A stretch of DNA of 64,000 nucleotides from Macrostomum lignano. Its lineage: Eukaryota. Where the stretch lies: assembly GCA_002269645.1 (NCBI GenBank), contig NIVC01001659.1, positions 186,001-250,000 of the forward strand. Direction: 5' to 3'. A program made the translations under genes and the position numbers. This document shows positions 23,601 through 34,692 of the stretch, piece by piece. Under the pieces are notes generated by a model. It had not been told where the DNA came from and did no database searches. It saw only the letters and a list, made by a program, of their open reading frames with translations. Position 1 is the stretch's first letter. Each line of letters begins with the position of its first letter.

Positions 23601-26600
23601 TCAACGCGCAGATTGTGGAAATTCGGCAGCGCTGCGGCAATCAGCAGGTCTGCATTAACAAGAACGTCGAGCTGTCCCAGTCTGAGGCGGAGATCAAGAA
23701 CATCCTTGAGGACACAATTCGCAAGCGGGAGAGCCCTCGGAGCAGCCGCATCAACAATGTCTGCTTCGCCGTGGTTATCGAGAACAAGATGAAGGGCTTG
23801 TTTAGCATGGACAACAGCCGGCAGAAGATGATGGTGGCCGCCTACATCACCTATAACCTGTTCGAGCGGATGCCCTTCGTCAGGCCTCCAGCTGGCGGCA
23901 ACTGCCCCAACCGCATCGCCATCTTCTACTCCAGGCAGGACTCCACGCTGTACAGCTTCGCCACCAACGGCCTGATGGACTACACGGAAATCCGCACGGC
24001 CTCGGCCGCTGCCAGGCCTTACTTCAGCAACAGCATCCTGGAGGGCATGCGGTTCCTCATCTCCGCCTACATCGACACCGTGGGGAAGAGCTCCGGCTAG
24101 GTGCTGGGCAGCTTGAGCGCATACAAGTAGCTGGTTGCTTACCAGTAGCTTTGCTTTGCTTAATGACTTTACCCTGTAATTCTGATAACAGCCCTCCGCG
24201 TGTGAGCTAGAATTTAAGTCGCGTGCTTGACAGCTGCAAATAAATCTGGTTAATTGATTCAATTTTTATATAAATCTTGGAGCTCATGGCCAGAGCATTG
24301 CTGCTTTAATTTGCTTCAGTTGGTATTTTCTACGAAATCTGATTTATTCATCTATCAATTATTATCAGGAACCTGCATGTAATTTGGTTTGCTGAATAAA
24401 TATCATAGCTATGAAATGACTCATTATCTTACTCAATCCTAAACTTTCATGTGATTTGGAACAGAATCTCTTACCCAACTCTAAATTGTATTATTGATTT
24501 TCAGCTTTGAGTTCCAACAGGGAGATGTTAAGGTATTTAGTACATTTTCCTAGAAAATATCCCTCATCAGTGTACAATTAGATATTGTAAGAAATCGCCT
24601 ACTGAAAAGTATCGAGAAAGGAATGTGAAGAAGTAAGAACTCAGTAGCCGACCCTGGCCTGTCGCGAGTTTGAATCTTGCTTTTGGGCACTTGTGGAGAA
24701 GTTCAGAGGTATGGTAATAATTCAGATATTTTTACAATCTACTTCGTTACAACTTGGCCTCTCAAAGTCATTACGAGTGTTAAGAAAATTCGGAGCTCAA
24801 TGTAGAAGTTACATTTAATATTTGAGTTTGAAATTTGTAACGCCACTGGTAATCTGAATTAGAAACAAAAATCAAGCGCCATCCTGCAGAGAAGTCCGAC
24901 GCTATCGACTGGCTACTTTAAGTAGGTAGCAATGCTGGCTATGATTTCTAAGAGGAAAAGTTTAAGCCTTACCTGTCCGCTCATCTCTTCCCGCCAGACC
25001 TGGACCCCGTGCCCGCAGCCTGGTGCGTGCTGGCGCCCAGGCCCAGCAACCAGCTCGGCCCCGACCAGATCCGGATTTTCGTGCTCAGCCGGGGCGGCCT
25101 GCTGCTGCTGGAGCAGAACCGGCTTCCGGCCAGCCTGCTGGAGCCGCCGCCTGCCGAGGCGCTGACGGACCTCTGCCTGAGCCTGGACCAGTCCCTGCTG
25201 GCCCTGTGGAGCGAGCCGCAGCGGCACCTCACCGTGTACTCGCTGGCCAGCGGCCTCTCCGCCAGCGGCTTGCCGGCGCCTCTGAGCCGCCACAGCCTGG
25301 CCGGTGGCCCAGACTCCGCCTTCGTCGGTGGCGATGGCGGCCTGCTGCGCATGGCCTGGTGCGCCAACGCCGCCGTCATGCTGGTGTGGGCCGATCAGCG
25401 CTGCCTGCTGCCAACCGTCCGCTCCGATCGATTCGCCAATCGGCTGGACGAATTCCACGAAGGTGAAGGCGACAGTGGTGCACCGCTGTTGGTCCCGGAG
25501 TTCGACGGTCTCCGGCTGCTGACTGCCGAGAGGCACGACCTGCTGCGGCCGCTGCCCCGTCCGGTGGAGCAGCTGTTCAACATCGCCTGCGTGTCCCCCG
25601 CCACCGTGCTGCTGCTCGCCCACGACACCATCAGCGGCCAGGCGCGCACCGAGACCGCCGCCTACGAGCTCTTCCTCACCATCGAGTCCGACGCCGACAA
25701 GCTGGCCGCCGTCCGCTGCTGCCTGGAGGCCGCCAGGTTCATCGCCTGGCCACCAGACCAGAAGCGCGTGCTGCGGGCTGCCCGGACCGGCCTGGCGCTG
25801 CTGCCGCCGAAATACAGCAGGTTCGACTGGGGAGCTTGGGGTTGTTAGGGGTCGTTGGCTGGGGTTGTTAGGGGTCATTGGCTGGGGTTGTTGGGGTCAT
25901 TGGCTGGGGTTGTTGGGGGTCATTGGCTGGGGTTGTTGGGGGTCATTGGCTGGGGTTGTTGGGGGTCATTGGCTGGGGTTGTTGGGGTCATTGGCTGGGG
26001 TTGTTGGGGGGTCATTGGCTGGGGTTGTTGGGGGTCATTGGCTGGGGTTGTTGGGGGTCATTGGCTGGGGTTGTTGGGGGTCATTGGCTGGGGTTGTTAG
26101 GGGTCATTGGCTGGGGTTGTTGGGGGTCATTGGCTGGGGTTGTTGGGGTCATTGGCTGGGGTTGTTGGGGTCATTGGCTGGGGTTGTTGGGGTCATTGGC
26201 TGGGGTTGTTGGGGTTGTTGGGTGTCACTGGCTGGGGTTGTTGGGGGTCATTGGCTGGGGTTGTTGGGGGTCATTGGCTGGGGTTGTTGGGGTCATTGGC
26301 TGGGGTTGTTGGGGGTCATTGGCTGGGGTTGTTGGGGGTCATTGGCTGGGGTTGTTGGGGGTCATTGGCTGGGGTTGTTGGGGGTCATTGGCTGGGGTTG
26401 TTGGGGGTCATTGGCTGGGGTTGTTGGGGGTCATTGGCTGGGGTTGTTGGGGTCATTGGCTGGGGTTGTTGGGGTCATTGGCTGGGGTTGTTGGGGTCAT
26501 TGGCTGGGGTTGTTGGGGTCATTGGCTGGGGTGGTTCTGGTCACTGGTTGGGGTGGTTCGGGTTCATTGGCTAATCAGTTGGTCTAACATTCAAAATCCA

Positions 26601-29183
26601 CCGTCAACTCCGCAGGGAGCACCGCACGGACGAGCTGTGCCAGCAGCTGCGCCTGCTGAACAACCTGCGCTTCAACGAGTCCATCGGGCTGCCGCTGACG
26701 CACGCGCAGTTCAGCCGCCTGGGCCTCGGCGTCCTCATCGACCGTCTGCTGAACCGGCGGCTTCACGAGTTCGCGTTCCGGGCCTGCGAGCTGCTGCGCC
26801 TGTCCGAGTCTGACGGCCAGGCCCGCGTCATGATGCACTGGGCCGAGTGCCAGATCGACACCCTGCCGCCTCTGGTCGGCGCCGGCGTCGACATCGGCGA
26901 AAGTCGCGAGGACGCCCAGGCGAGCGATGCGCTGGTGGCGGACATTGTCAAGTTTGTCGGACAGCGGCCGGGCGTCAACTATGCCCGGCTGGCCGGCAAG
27001 GCGGCCCGTCTGAACCGGCCTGGGCTGGCCAGGCGGCTGCTGGACTTTGAGACCCGCTCGCAGGACCAGGTGGAGCAGCTGCTGGCGCTGGGCAGTCACG
27101 GCAAAGCGCTGGAGAAGGCGGTCAAGTCTGGCGATACAGATCTCATTCAGCAGGTTTGCGATCCTCTGTACAGTGTCTGTTATTGCAGTGTCTGTCAGTG
27201 CATTTTTGCCATTACAGTGTCTGTTATGAGAGTGTCTGTCACTGCAAAATCTGTGCTGTGTACAGGGTGTCAGTGCTGTGTACAGTGTGTCAGTGCTGTG
27301 TACAGGGTGTCAGTGCTGTGTACAGTGTGTCAGTGCTGTGTACAGGGTGTCAGTGCTGTGTACAGTGTGTCAGTGCTGTGTACAGTGTGTCAGTGCTGTG
27401 TACAGTGTGTCAATGCTGTGTACAGTGTGTCGGTGCTGTGTACAGTGTCAGTACTGTGTACAGTGTGAGTGTTGTGTACAGTGACAGTACTGTGTACAGT
27501 GTGAGTGTTGTGTACAATGTCAGTACTGTGTACAGTGTGAGTGTTGTGTACAGTGACAGTACTGTGTACAGTGTGAGTGTTGTGTACAATGTCAGTACTG
27601 TGTACAGTGTGAGTGTTGTGTACAGTGTCAGTACTGTGTACAGTGTGAGTGTTGTGTACAGTGTCAGTACTGTGTACAGTCATCCCACTGCCTCCCTCGC
27701 CTCGCAGGTGCTGCTGAAGCTGCACAACATGCGGTCCGAGCTGGACTTGGCCGGCATCATGCGCAAACAGCCGGTTGCCATGGCGCTGTACCAGCAGGCC
27801 TACTGTGCCAGCGACCCGGCCGCTCTGCTGGACCAGGAGGACCGGCGATCCGATCTGGCGGCGCTCGAGCTGCGTCGCGCGTTCGACTCTACCGAGGCGG
27901 CCCGACGACAGGAGCTGCTGGGGTCGGCGGCCAGCCGCTTCACTGAAGCCGGCCTGCCCGCTCTGGCCAAGGAGTGCCAGCTGGCCGCGCAGCTGCTGGA
28001 GCGGCAGAGGAAACTGGAGCGGGATCTCAGCGCCCAGCAATTTGCCGGGCTGTCGCTGCACGCCACTCTGGCCAGGTTGCTAGGCAACGGAAGCGAGAAA
28101 CTGGCCGAATCGCTGAGGCGTGAATTCGAGGTGCCGGAAAAGCGGTGGTGGCAGCTACAGGTAAATTGAACTTTTTAGACTTTTATATTCCTTTTGGCTA
28201 TGGGTCTCTGGGCAGTGTCCGAGTTGTCCTTGGACAGTGTTTCAGTTGTCTCGACCAGTGTCCGAGTTACCCCTGAGCAGTGTCCGAGTTGTGTCGGATC
28301 AGTGTCCGAGTTACCCCTGAGCAGTGTCCGAGTTACCTCTGAGCAGTGTCCAAGTTGTATTCGATCAGTGTCCGAGTTACCTCTGAGCAGTGTCCCGAGT
28401 TGTATTCGATCAGTGTCCGAGTTACCTCTGAGCAGTGTCCCGAGTTGTATTCGATCAGTGTCCGAGTTACCTCTGAGCAGTGTCCCGAGTTGTATTCGAT
28501 CAGTGTCCGAGTTACCTCTGAGCAGTGTCCCGAGTTGTATTCGATCAGTGTCCGAGTTACCACTGAGCAGTGTCCCGAGTTGTATTCGATCAGTGTCCGA
28601 GTTGTGTTTGATCAGTGTCTGAGTTGTTTCTGGGCAGTATTCGAGTTGACTCTAAGCAGTGTCCGAGTTATCTTTAAGCTGTGTCCGAGTAATCTATAGC
28701 TGTGTCCGAGTTGACTCTGAGCAGTGTCCAGTTTTTTCAGCAGTCTGAAAGTTCTTATGCCCATGGTGGCCCGTTAATTTGAACCATGTCTCCGCCCCCC
28801 CCCTTCAACCGCAGGTGACCGCCCTGGCCAAGTCCGGCCGCTTCACCGAGCTTCGCCGCCTATCGGAGCGCAAATCGCCCATCGGCTACGCGCCTTTCGT
28901 CAACGCCTGTCAGGACGCCGGCAATGAGGCCGAGGCGGTCGCTCTGCTGCCCCGAGTCGAGCGGGAGCAGCGCGTTCGCTGCCTGTGCCGCCTGCGCCGC
29001 TACGCCGAGGCCATCGACTTCGCCAGCGGGTTGAAGACCGACGCCGCCTATCACCTGGAGTACCTGCGCCGGCACCTGGCCAGGGAGGAAGTCAGGCAGC
29101 CCGGACAGCCGGTTGTCCGAGACGCCGCCCAGCGGCTGCGCGCTCTGCACCAAACCATGGCGGCTGGGGGCGGCGGCGTCTGA
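17605..29183 (+). CDS. VPS16: Vacuolar protein sorting 16 (HOPS/CORVET core); join(17605..17660,17745..17919,19239..19515,24998..25820,26616..27153,27708..28160,28815..29183), 896 aa
   Basis: AQYGGPLAVFR; WSSTESLVCVQTDGSVLIY; FGTGVAI; LCQQLRLLNNLR..IGLPLTHAQF..LIDRLLNRR; KALEKAVKSGDTDLI; PEKRWWQLQVTALAK; SPIGYAPFVNAC. All introns are GT-AG and phases are consistent (2691 nt, 897 codons). Confidence 0.95.
17966..19170. repeat. 34-bp minisatellite (gcccggctcccagattcatcagtaggcgccacaa), about 35 copies, VPS16 intron 2
   Basis: Directly visible, highly homogeneous array. Confidence 0.97.
19545..19685. repeat. Short 21-bp repeat (cagagttcgagtcctaaggt-like), about 6 copies, start of VPS16 intron 3
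   Basis: Directly visible. Confidence 0.8.
20174..20548 (-). CDS. Nested small membrane protein, 124 aa, two predicted TM helices
   Basis: ATG-initiated GC-rich ORF with hydrophobic segments IITVHSVLMLVAVGLAGGMLYL and LVFSLVMCGIATVMLLLWLSMCC; lies antisense inside VPS16 intron 3. Confidence 0.65.
   Translation of the reverse strand: MTQNSSSLNPLTDAEDSGGLAKDYGSNSRSYCGTAPGKIITVHSVLMLVAVGLAGGMLYLSRDTSQLVFSLVMCGIATVMLLLWLSMCCRSYRIYRAGCKSAAGAAAAPGAAGKGDCTGAVREV
21205..21780 (-). CDS. Nested hypothetical protein, 191 aa (Q/H/R-rich N-terminus, helical C-terminal region)
   Basis: ATG-initiated GC-rich ORF in AT-rich intronic flanks; no family recognised. Confidence 0.6.
   Translation of the reverse strand: MQRKRQHRSTRDQGQYEFDHHPDQRKHRHRQFEHQPRPEQQRPRSYKSGSQNPTHQQPSHTRQSNQQNSGCSARNSKPKPANLQCNMATTVSYPTGARSCEMIGWHVANMDAKLNALFDTMSEIYKDTAMLAGESEAEATAGMQELVEPSIFTMLQRESASWDPSVMNKKVSQLVLIGSWIYHRTQSVVNK
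22041..22720 (+). mobile_element. Degenerate Tc1/IS630-like transposase remnant
   Basis: Frameshifted pieces: ISMETRERLIQ..VCRIFNVKGRTAAFIL (HTH), IDENPLATLQMIQEQL..IGLTTISETL, and LDEARFNL at 22538-22561 (DEAGFN catalytic motif). Confidence 0.6.
23513..24100 (+). CDS. Nested secreted TPM/MOLO-1-like domain protein, 195 aa
   Basis: Signal peptide MSVCILPSLCLLVLAAAVSA; CFAVVIENKM...NCPNRIAIFYSRQDSTLYSFAT...ARPYFSNSILEGMRFLISAY matches the MOLO-1/TPM pattern from recall; same strand as VPS16, inside intron 3. Confidence 0.7.
   Translation: MSVCILPSLCLLVLAAAVSAAPDTSLYEGVNAQIVEIRQRCGNQQVCINKNVELSQSEAEIKNILEDTIRKRESPRSSRINNVCFAVVIENKMKGLFSMDNSRQKMMVAAYITYNLFERMPFVRPPAGGNCPNRIAIFYSRQDSTLYSFATNGLMDYTEIRTASAAARPYFSNSILEGMRFLISAYIDTVGKSSG
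25837..26560. repeat. 22-24-bp G-rich minisatellite (ggctggggttgttgggggtcatt), about 30 copies, VPS16 intron 4
   Basis: Directly visible. Confidence 0.97.
27250..27680. repeat. tgtgtacagt-based 18-20-bp tandem repeats, VPS16 intron 5
   Basis: Directly visible; two related sub-arrays. Confidence 0.93.
28210..28730. repeat. cagtgtccgagtt-based repeat (about 45-bp unit in the core), VPS16 intron 6
   Basis: Directly visible. Confidence 0.9.
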
Positions 29184-29360
29184 GCTGCGAGATCTTCTGT
29201 ACTTTTGTGTGGTGACGTCTCTCCACGTTTGGGATGAAGCGGGATGCTGAGACAGATATAGCATTATAGAATTTTATTGAATGTTAAAGCCTTTGGAATG
29301 ACCAGGAGTTATTTACTACTAGGTTTCTGTGTGACCGGAAGTTATTTCTTATTGGCTTTC

Positions 29361-30131
29361 CGAATGACCGGAAGTGAGATACTGGCTACATAAATGACCG
29401 GAAGTGAGATGCTGGCTACCTGAATGACCAGAAGTGAGATACTGGCTACATAAATGACCGGAAGTGAGATGCTGGCTACCTGAATGACCGGAAGTGAGAT
29501 ACTGGCTACATAAATGACCGGAAGTGAGATGCTGGCTACCTGAATGACCGGAAGTGAGATACTGGCTACATAAATGACCGGAAGTGAGATGCTGGCTTTC
29601 CGAATGACCGGAAGTGAGATACTGGCTACATAAATGACCGGAAGTGAGATGCTGGCTATCTGAATGACCGGAAGTGAGATACTGGCTACATAAATGACCG
29701 GAAGTGAGATACTGGCTAGCTGAATGACCGGAAGTGAGATATGAATTAGCTGAATGACCGGAAGTGAGATACTGGCTAGCTGAATGACCGGAAGTGAGAT
29801 ATGAATTAGCTGAATGACCGGAAGTGAGATACTGGCTAGCTGAATGACCGGAAGTGAGATACTGGCTAGCTGAATGACCGGAAGTGAGATATGAATTATC
29901 TGAATGACCGGAAGTGAGATATGAATTAGCTGAATGACCGACCGGAAGTGAGATACTGACTATCTGAATGACCGGAAGTGAGATACTGGCTAGCTGAATG
30001 ACCGGAAGTGAGATATGAATTATCTGAATGACCGGAAGTGAGATATGAATTATCTGAATGACCGGAAGTGAGATATGAATTATCTGAATGACCGGAAGTG
30101 AGATATGAATTAGCTGAATGACCGGAAGTGG
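29361..30131. repeat. 30-bp minisatellite (tgaatgACCGGAAGTGagatactggctagc), about 26 units, between VPS16 and SEC11
   Basis: Directly visible; I count 25 exact ACCGGAAGTG copies. Confidence 0.97.
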
Positions 30132-30789
30132 ATTTCTAGCTTTCCCGAATGACTGGAGCTGAGCTAGGCTTACGTAAATAACCAAGTGCTTAAAATTTCC
30201 TTAAGCCGTTTCAAAGTGTATTTGATCGAGGCGCAGTGCTGTGTTTACTCATGCATAATATCGTCATGCAGTCATTTAATGCCTGCTGTGTTGCCCCAAT
30301 CAAGTCGCTTCTCTGATTTTAAATTTATCTCAGTGTCAGCACCGATAATGAGCCCCATTCAGCACTGTTGTCCGCCACTAGAATTTTTTTGCTAAACCTG
30401 CTGCTACTCGCAGTAGTGCCAGAAGATTTTAATTATTATTCCTACTTGCGCGCGATTGCCTAGAACAGAATCGTTGATTGCATTGCCTGTTTGTGTTGTA
30501 CAGTACAGGTGCACTGCCTGATTTTATTATACAGATTAACTGCCATATTCAACACTTTTGATCGGAGCTACATGTATCCTGCTGTACATGTACTCGTGCT
30601 CAATGTTCATGATTCCTACTGTATCAAAAAACTGATCATTCATAGTTCTGATGTTTGCCCATTGTCGTTGGGAAATTTTATTTATTAAATTCAAATCATT
30701 TTTATTGCACTGACAGCAGATAAATATCTCATATCAACACTTGCATTTTTGTTTTATGAAAACCGGGATTTAAGAGAGTCACTGAGCAC

Positions 30790-31097
30790 ATCCCCATTCA
30801 GTCTGGGTGATGGGTTCAGATCCCCATTCAGTCTGGGTGATGGGTTCAGATCCCCATTCAGTCTGGGTGATGGGTTCAGATCACCATTCAGTCTGGGTGA
30901 TGGGTTCAGATCCCCATTCAGTCTGAGTGATGGGTTCAGATCCCCATTCAGTCTGGGTGATGGGTTCAGATCCCCATTCAGTCTGGGTGATGGGTTCAGA
31001 TCACCATTCAGTCTGGGTGATGGGTTCAGATCCCCATTCCATCTGGGTGATGGGTTCAGATCCCCGTTCAGTCTGGGTGGCGGGTACAGATCCCCAT
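30790..31097. repeat. 30-bp minisatellite (tccccattcagtctgggtgatgggttcaga), about 10 copies, just upstream of the SEC11 acceptor
   Basis: Directly visible. Confidence 0.95.
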
Positions 31098-31150
31098 GGC
31101 ATCATTGATATCAACCTTGGCAACATGGCATCCCATCTCCCCTTCAGACC

Positions 31151-32413
31151 ATGGGCCTGCTGGACATCAGCTTCTTGTCGGACCTGAAGCGCATGAACAA
31201 GCGCCAGGTGTTCTACCAGTTCCTCAGCTTCGGCATGATCGTGTCCTCCGCCCTCATGATCTGGAAGGGCCTCATCGTGGCCACGGGCAGCGAGTCGCCA
31301 GTTGTGGTGGTGCTCTCCGGATCCATGGAGCCCGGCTTCTACCGCGGCGACCTCCTGTTCCTAACCAACGACCTGGAGGACCCCATCCGGGCCGGCGACA
31401 TTGCCGTGTTCCGCATCAAGGGCCGCGACATCCCCATCGTGCACCGGGTGCTGCAGGTGCGCCCTGCCGCTTGCTGAGCTCTTGATTGGCTGCTTGATTC
31501 CCGCTCCCCATCCCCACTCCCCATCCCCACTTCTCATTCCCGCTCCCCATCCCCGCTCCCCATCCCCGCTCCCCATCCCGCTCCTCATCCCCGCTCTCCA
31601 TCCCCGCTCCCCATCCCCGCTCCCCATCCCCACTTCTCATTCCCGCTCCCCATCCCCGCTCCCCATCCCCGCTCCCCATCCCCGCTCGCCATCCCCGCTC
31701 CTCATCCCCGCTCTCCATCCCCGCTCCACATCCCCGCTCCCCATCCCCGCTCCTCATCCCCGCTCCCAATCCCCGCTCCCCATCCCCGCTCCCCATCCCT
31801 GCTCCCATCCCCGCTCCCAATCCCCGCTCCCCATCCCCGCTCCCCATCCCCGCTCCCCATCCCCACTTCTCATCCCTGCTCCCCATCCCCACTTCTCATC
31901 CCTGCTCCCCATCCCCACTTCTCATCCCTGCTCCCCATCCCCGCTCTCCATCCCCGCTCCCCATCCCCGCTCCCCATCCCCGCTCCCCATCCCTGCTCCC
32001 CATCCCCGCTCCTCATTCCCGCTCCCAATCCCCGCTCCCAATCCCCGCTCCCCATCCCCTCTCCCCATCCCCGCTGCCAATCCCCGCTCCCCATTCCCGC
32101 TCCCGCTATCGCTCACCCGCCACTGCCGCATCGCTCACCGGCTGACTCGCCGCTGCCATCCCCGCCCCAGGTGCACGAGCGCGATGACGGCTACGTGAAG
32201 TTCCTCACCAAAGGCGACAACAACGCCATTGACGACCGCGGGCTGTACGCGCCGGGCCAGCTGTGGCTGGAGAAGGGTGACGTAATCGGCCGGGCCAAGG
32301 GCTTCGTGCCGTACATCGGCATGGTTACCATCGTCATGAACGACTATCCCAAGTTCAAGTACGCCGTGCTCGGCCTGCTGGGCATCTTCGTGCTTCTCAA
32401 CAGGGAGGCCTGA
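31151..32413 (+). CDS. SEC11: Signal peptidase complex catalytic subunit SEC11; join(31151..31456,32171..32413), 182 aa
   Basis: [49 protein letters not shown] (catalytic Ser/His/Asp motifs). Donor CAG|gtgcgc, acceptor ccccag|GTG. Confidence 0.97.
31499..32100. repeat. C-rich minisatellite (ccccatccccgct), SEC11 intron
   Basis: Directly visible. Confidence 0.95.
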
Positions 32414-32540
32414 GATTGGAACTGTGCGCGGCATCTCAGATGCACTTTTATTGTCATTTAGTCCTCTTCTAAGTTTGCCGTTTCCATCTGTAAACCCTAT
32501 GGGATCATAGCCCAGTCCCCAGCTGTTAGGTCCATTTAAC

Positions 32541-32930
32541 CAGCTCCATCTCCCACCCCAGCTCCATCTCCCCCACCTAAGCTCCATCTCCCCCACCTAA
32601 GCTCCATCTCCCACCTCAGCTCCATCCCACACCCCAGCTCCATCTCCCACCCCAGCTCCATCTCCCACCCCAGCTCCATCTCCCCCACCTAAGCTCCATC
32701 TCCCACCTCAGCTCCATCCCACACCCCAGCTCCATCTCCCCCACCTAAGCTCCATCTCCCACCTCAGCTCCATCCCACACCCCAGCTCCATCTCCCACCT
32801 CAGCTCCATCTCCCACCCCAGCTCCATCTCCCACCCCTGGTTCATCTCCCACCCCTGGTTCATCTCCCACCCCTGGGTTATCTTCATCTCTCACCTCAGC
32901 TCCATCTTCTACCCCAGCTCCATCTCCCAC
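32541..32930. repeat. C-rich 18-20-bp repeat (cagctccatctcccacc) downstream of SEC11
   Basis: Directly visible. Confidence 0.9.
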
Positions 32931-33639
32931 CTTTGGTTCATCTCCCAGTGGCGGAAGTGAGCAAAGATTGCAAGCCAGCCAAACAAGGTGAGCAGTGTGA
33001 GAGCTGTGTGAGTGCGGTCCTCATTCCTTTCAAACTCCCCGCTGTTTTGTGTTTCCTGCCGTTTTGTTTTTCTCTTGCGCTTTAACCGGCGCAGTTTCTG
33101 TAAGCAGCCACGCATTCGCTCTCGGTGCGCTGCCCCAACTCTCACTGTTACTGTAAACCGTCGTGTAATACGAGTGTTTGCTGTGTCCAGATGCTTTTGC
33201 TGGGTGACGGGTGGCCCGATGTTGCCTCAGATCTTTGTTCTGCTCTCTGTTTCATTCTGTCGAATAAGTTTTTGTGTGGATTCCGCGAATTCTTGCTTAT
33301 TCTGCTAATTAGTAATTCAATAAAATTTGGGATTTAAATCCCACAGCTATTGGGAGACTTACGTGTGGGCGTTTAAAAAAACCATTGTGTTATTTTATAT
33401 TTAATTTTTGCTAGCGATGCAGGCTGTTTAGGCATTTTTGTGTAGTTGGGTAGTTGCTTGTTCTGTCTGTTCTGGTGCTGAAATCCTCAGCGCTCACTGT
33501 GTACTACTATGAGTAGTGCTTTGGCTTTCGGGTATGTTGCTTTTTTTCTGGCTAAATAATTTGACCTTATTTGAATGGTTTATTCATGTTCTCAAAATCT
33601 CGGGCTTGAGTCGCTACTTCTGGTCTGAGAGTTTGCGGA

Positions 33640-34185
33640 TTAAGGACTCCAACAGCACACTGGGTGCTAATCTGGCCTAGGATTAAGGACTCTAACAGCA
33701 CAGTGGGTGCTAATCTGGCCTGGGATTAAGGACTCTAACAGCACAGTGGGAGATAATCTGGCCTGGGATTAAGGACTCCAACAGCACACTGGGAGATAAT
33801 CTGGCCTGGGATTAAGGACTCTAACAGCTCAGTGGGTGCTAATCTGGCCTGGGATTAAGGACTCCAACAGTACACTGGGAGATAATCTGGCCTGGGATTA
33901 AGGACTCCAACAGTACACTGGGAGATAATCTGGCCTGGGATTAAGGACTCCAACAGTACACTGGGAGATAATCTGGCCTGGGATTAAGGACTCCAACAGT
34001 ACACTGGGAGATAATCTGGCCTGGGATTAAGGACTCTAACAGCACACTGGATGCCAATCTGGCCTGGGATTAAGGACTCCAACAGTACACTGGGAGATAA
34101 TCTGGCCTGGGATTAAGGACTCCAACAGTACACTGGGAGATAATCTGGCCTGGGATTAAGGACTCCAACAGCACAGTGTGTGATA
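33640..34185. repeat. 43-bp minisatellite (ggattaaggactccaacagtacactgggagataatctggcctg), about 12 copies
   Basis: Directly visible. Confidence 0.95.
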
Positions 34186-34428
34186 ATCTGTGCCTCGAGC
34201 GTCGGCGGCCGCCCCAATCTATATTTAGCCTGGGGAAGCCACTAGGGCAGCCCTCAGCCGCAAGTTCTCCCCGCTGAGCTGTTGTCTATGGCCACAAGCG
34301 CCAGGCGCTGCAATCAGCGCCACGCGCATCCATTTGCTGCTCACCAGAGAATATGGAGGGCTCGATATTCTCTGCTGCTCACCAACTCTGAGCAACTCTG
34401 AGCTCAGTCAGGCTGACCAGCCCAAAGG

Positions 34429-34692
34429 ATGGCGACCTCCGCCGCCGACTCCTGGCTGCTGCCATTCAGCAGCGTCGCTCCGGCAGCCGGCAGGTCTTTG
34501 TTTGCCTCAGCCAGCATTGGCCAGCGGTTCGAACTGCTGGTGCAGCTGCTGCTGGCCCTGCTGCTCATCGCCGCCTTCGCCGTCTATCTCATCAACACGG
34601 CGATGCGCCCGGCCGTGCAGAAGGCCGCCTTCGGCTACGCCAAGAAGGACTTCCTTGAGGACGCGTACCGTTTCGATGACTCGTTCGAATGA
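34429..34692 (+). CDS. Small single-pass membrane protein, 87 aa
   Basis: ATG in good context with coding-like codon usage; TM segment LLVQLLLALLLIAAFAVYLI; acceptor-like gaccag 9 nt upstream. Confidence 0.6.
   Translation: MATSAADSWLLPFSSVAPAAGRSLFASASIGQRFELLVQLLLALLLIAAFAVYLINTAMRPAVQKAAFGYAKKDFLEDAYRFDDSFE

Noticed and set aside
25855-28699. GVIGWGCW, VCQCCVQ and SVSELP repeat ORFs
   Set aside because: Translations of VPS16 intronic minisatellites.
29349-32198. SQYLTSGH, FSLGDGFRSP and PIPAPHPRS repeat ORFs
   Set aside because: Intergenic or intronic tandem repeats with no unique coding context.
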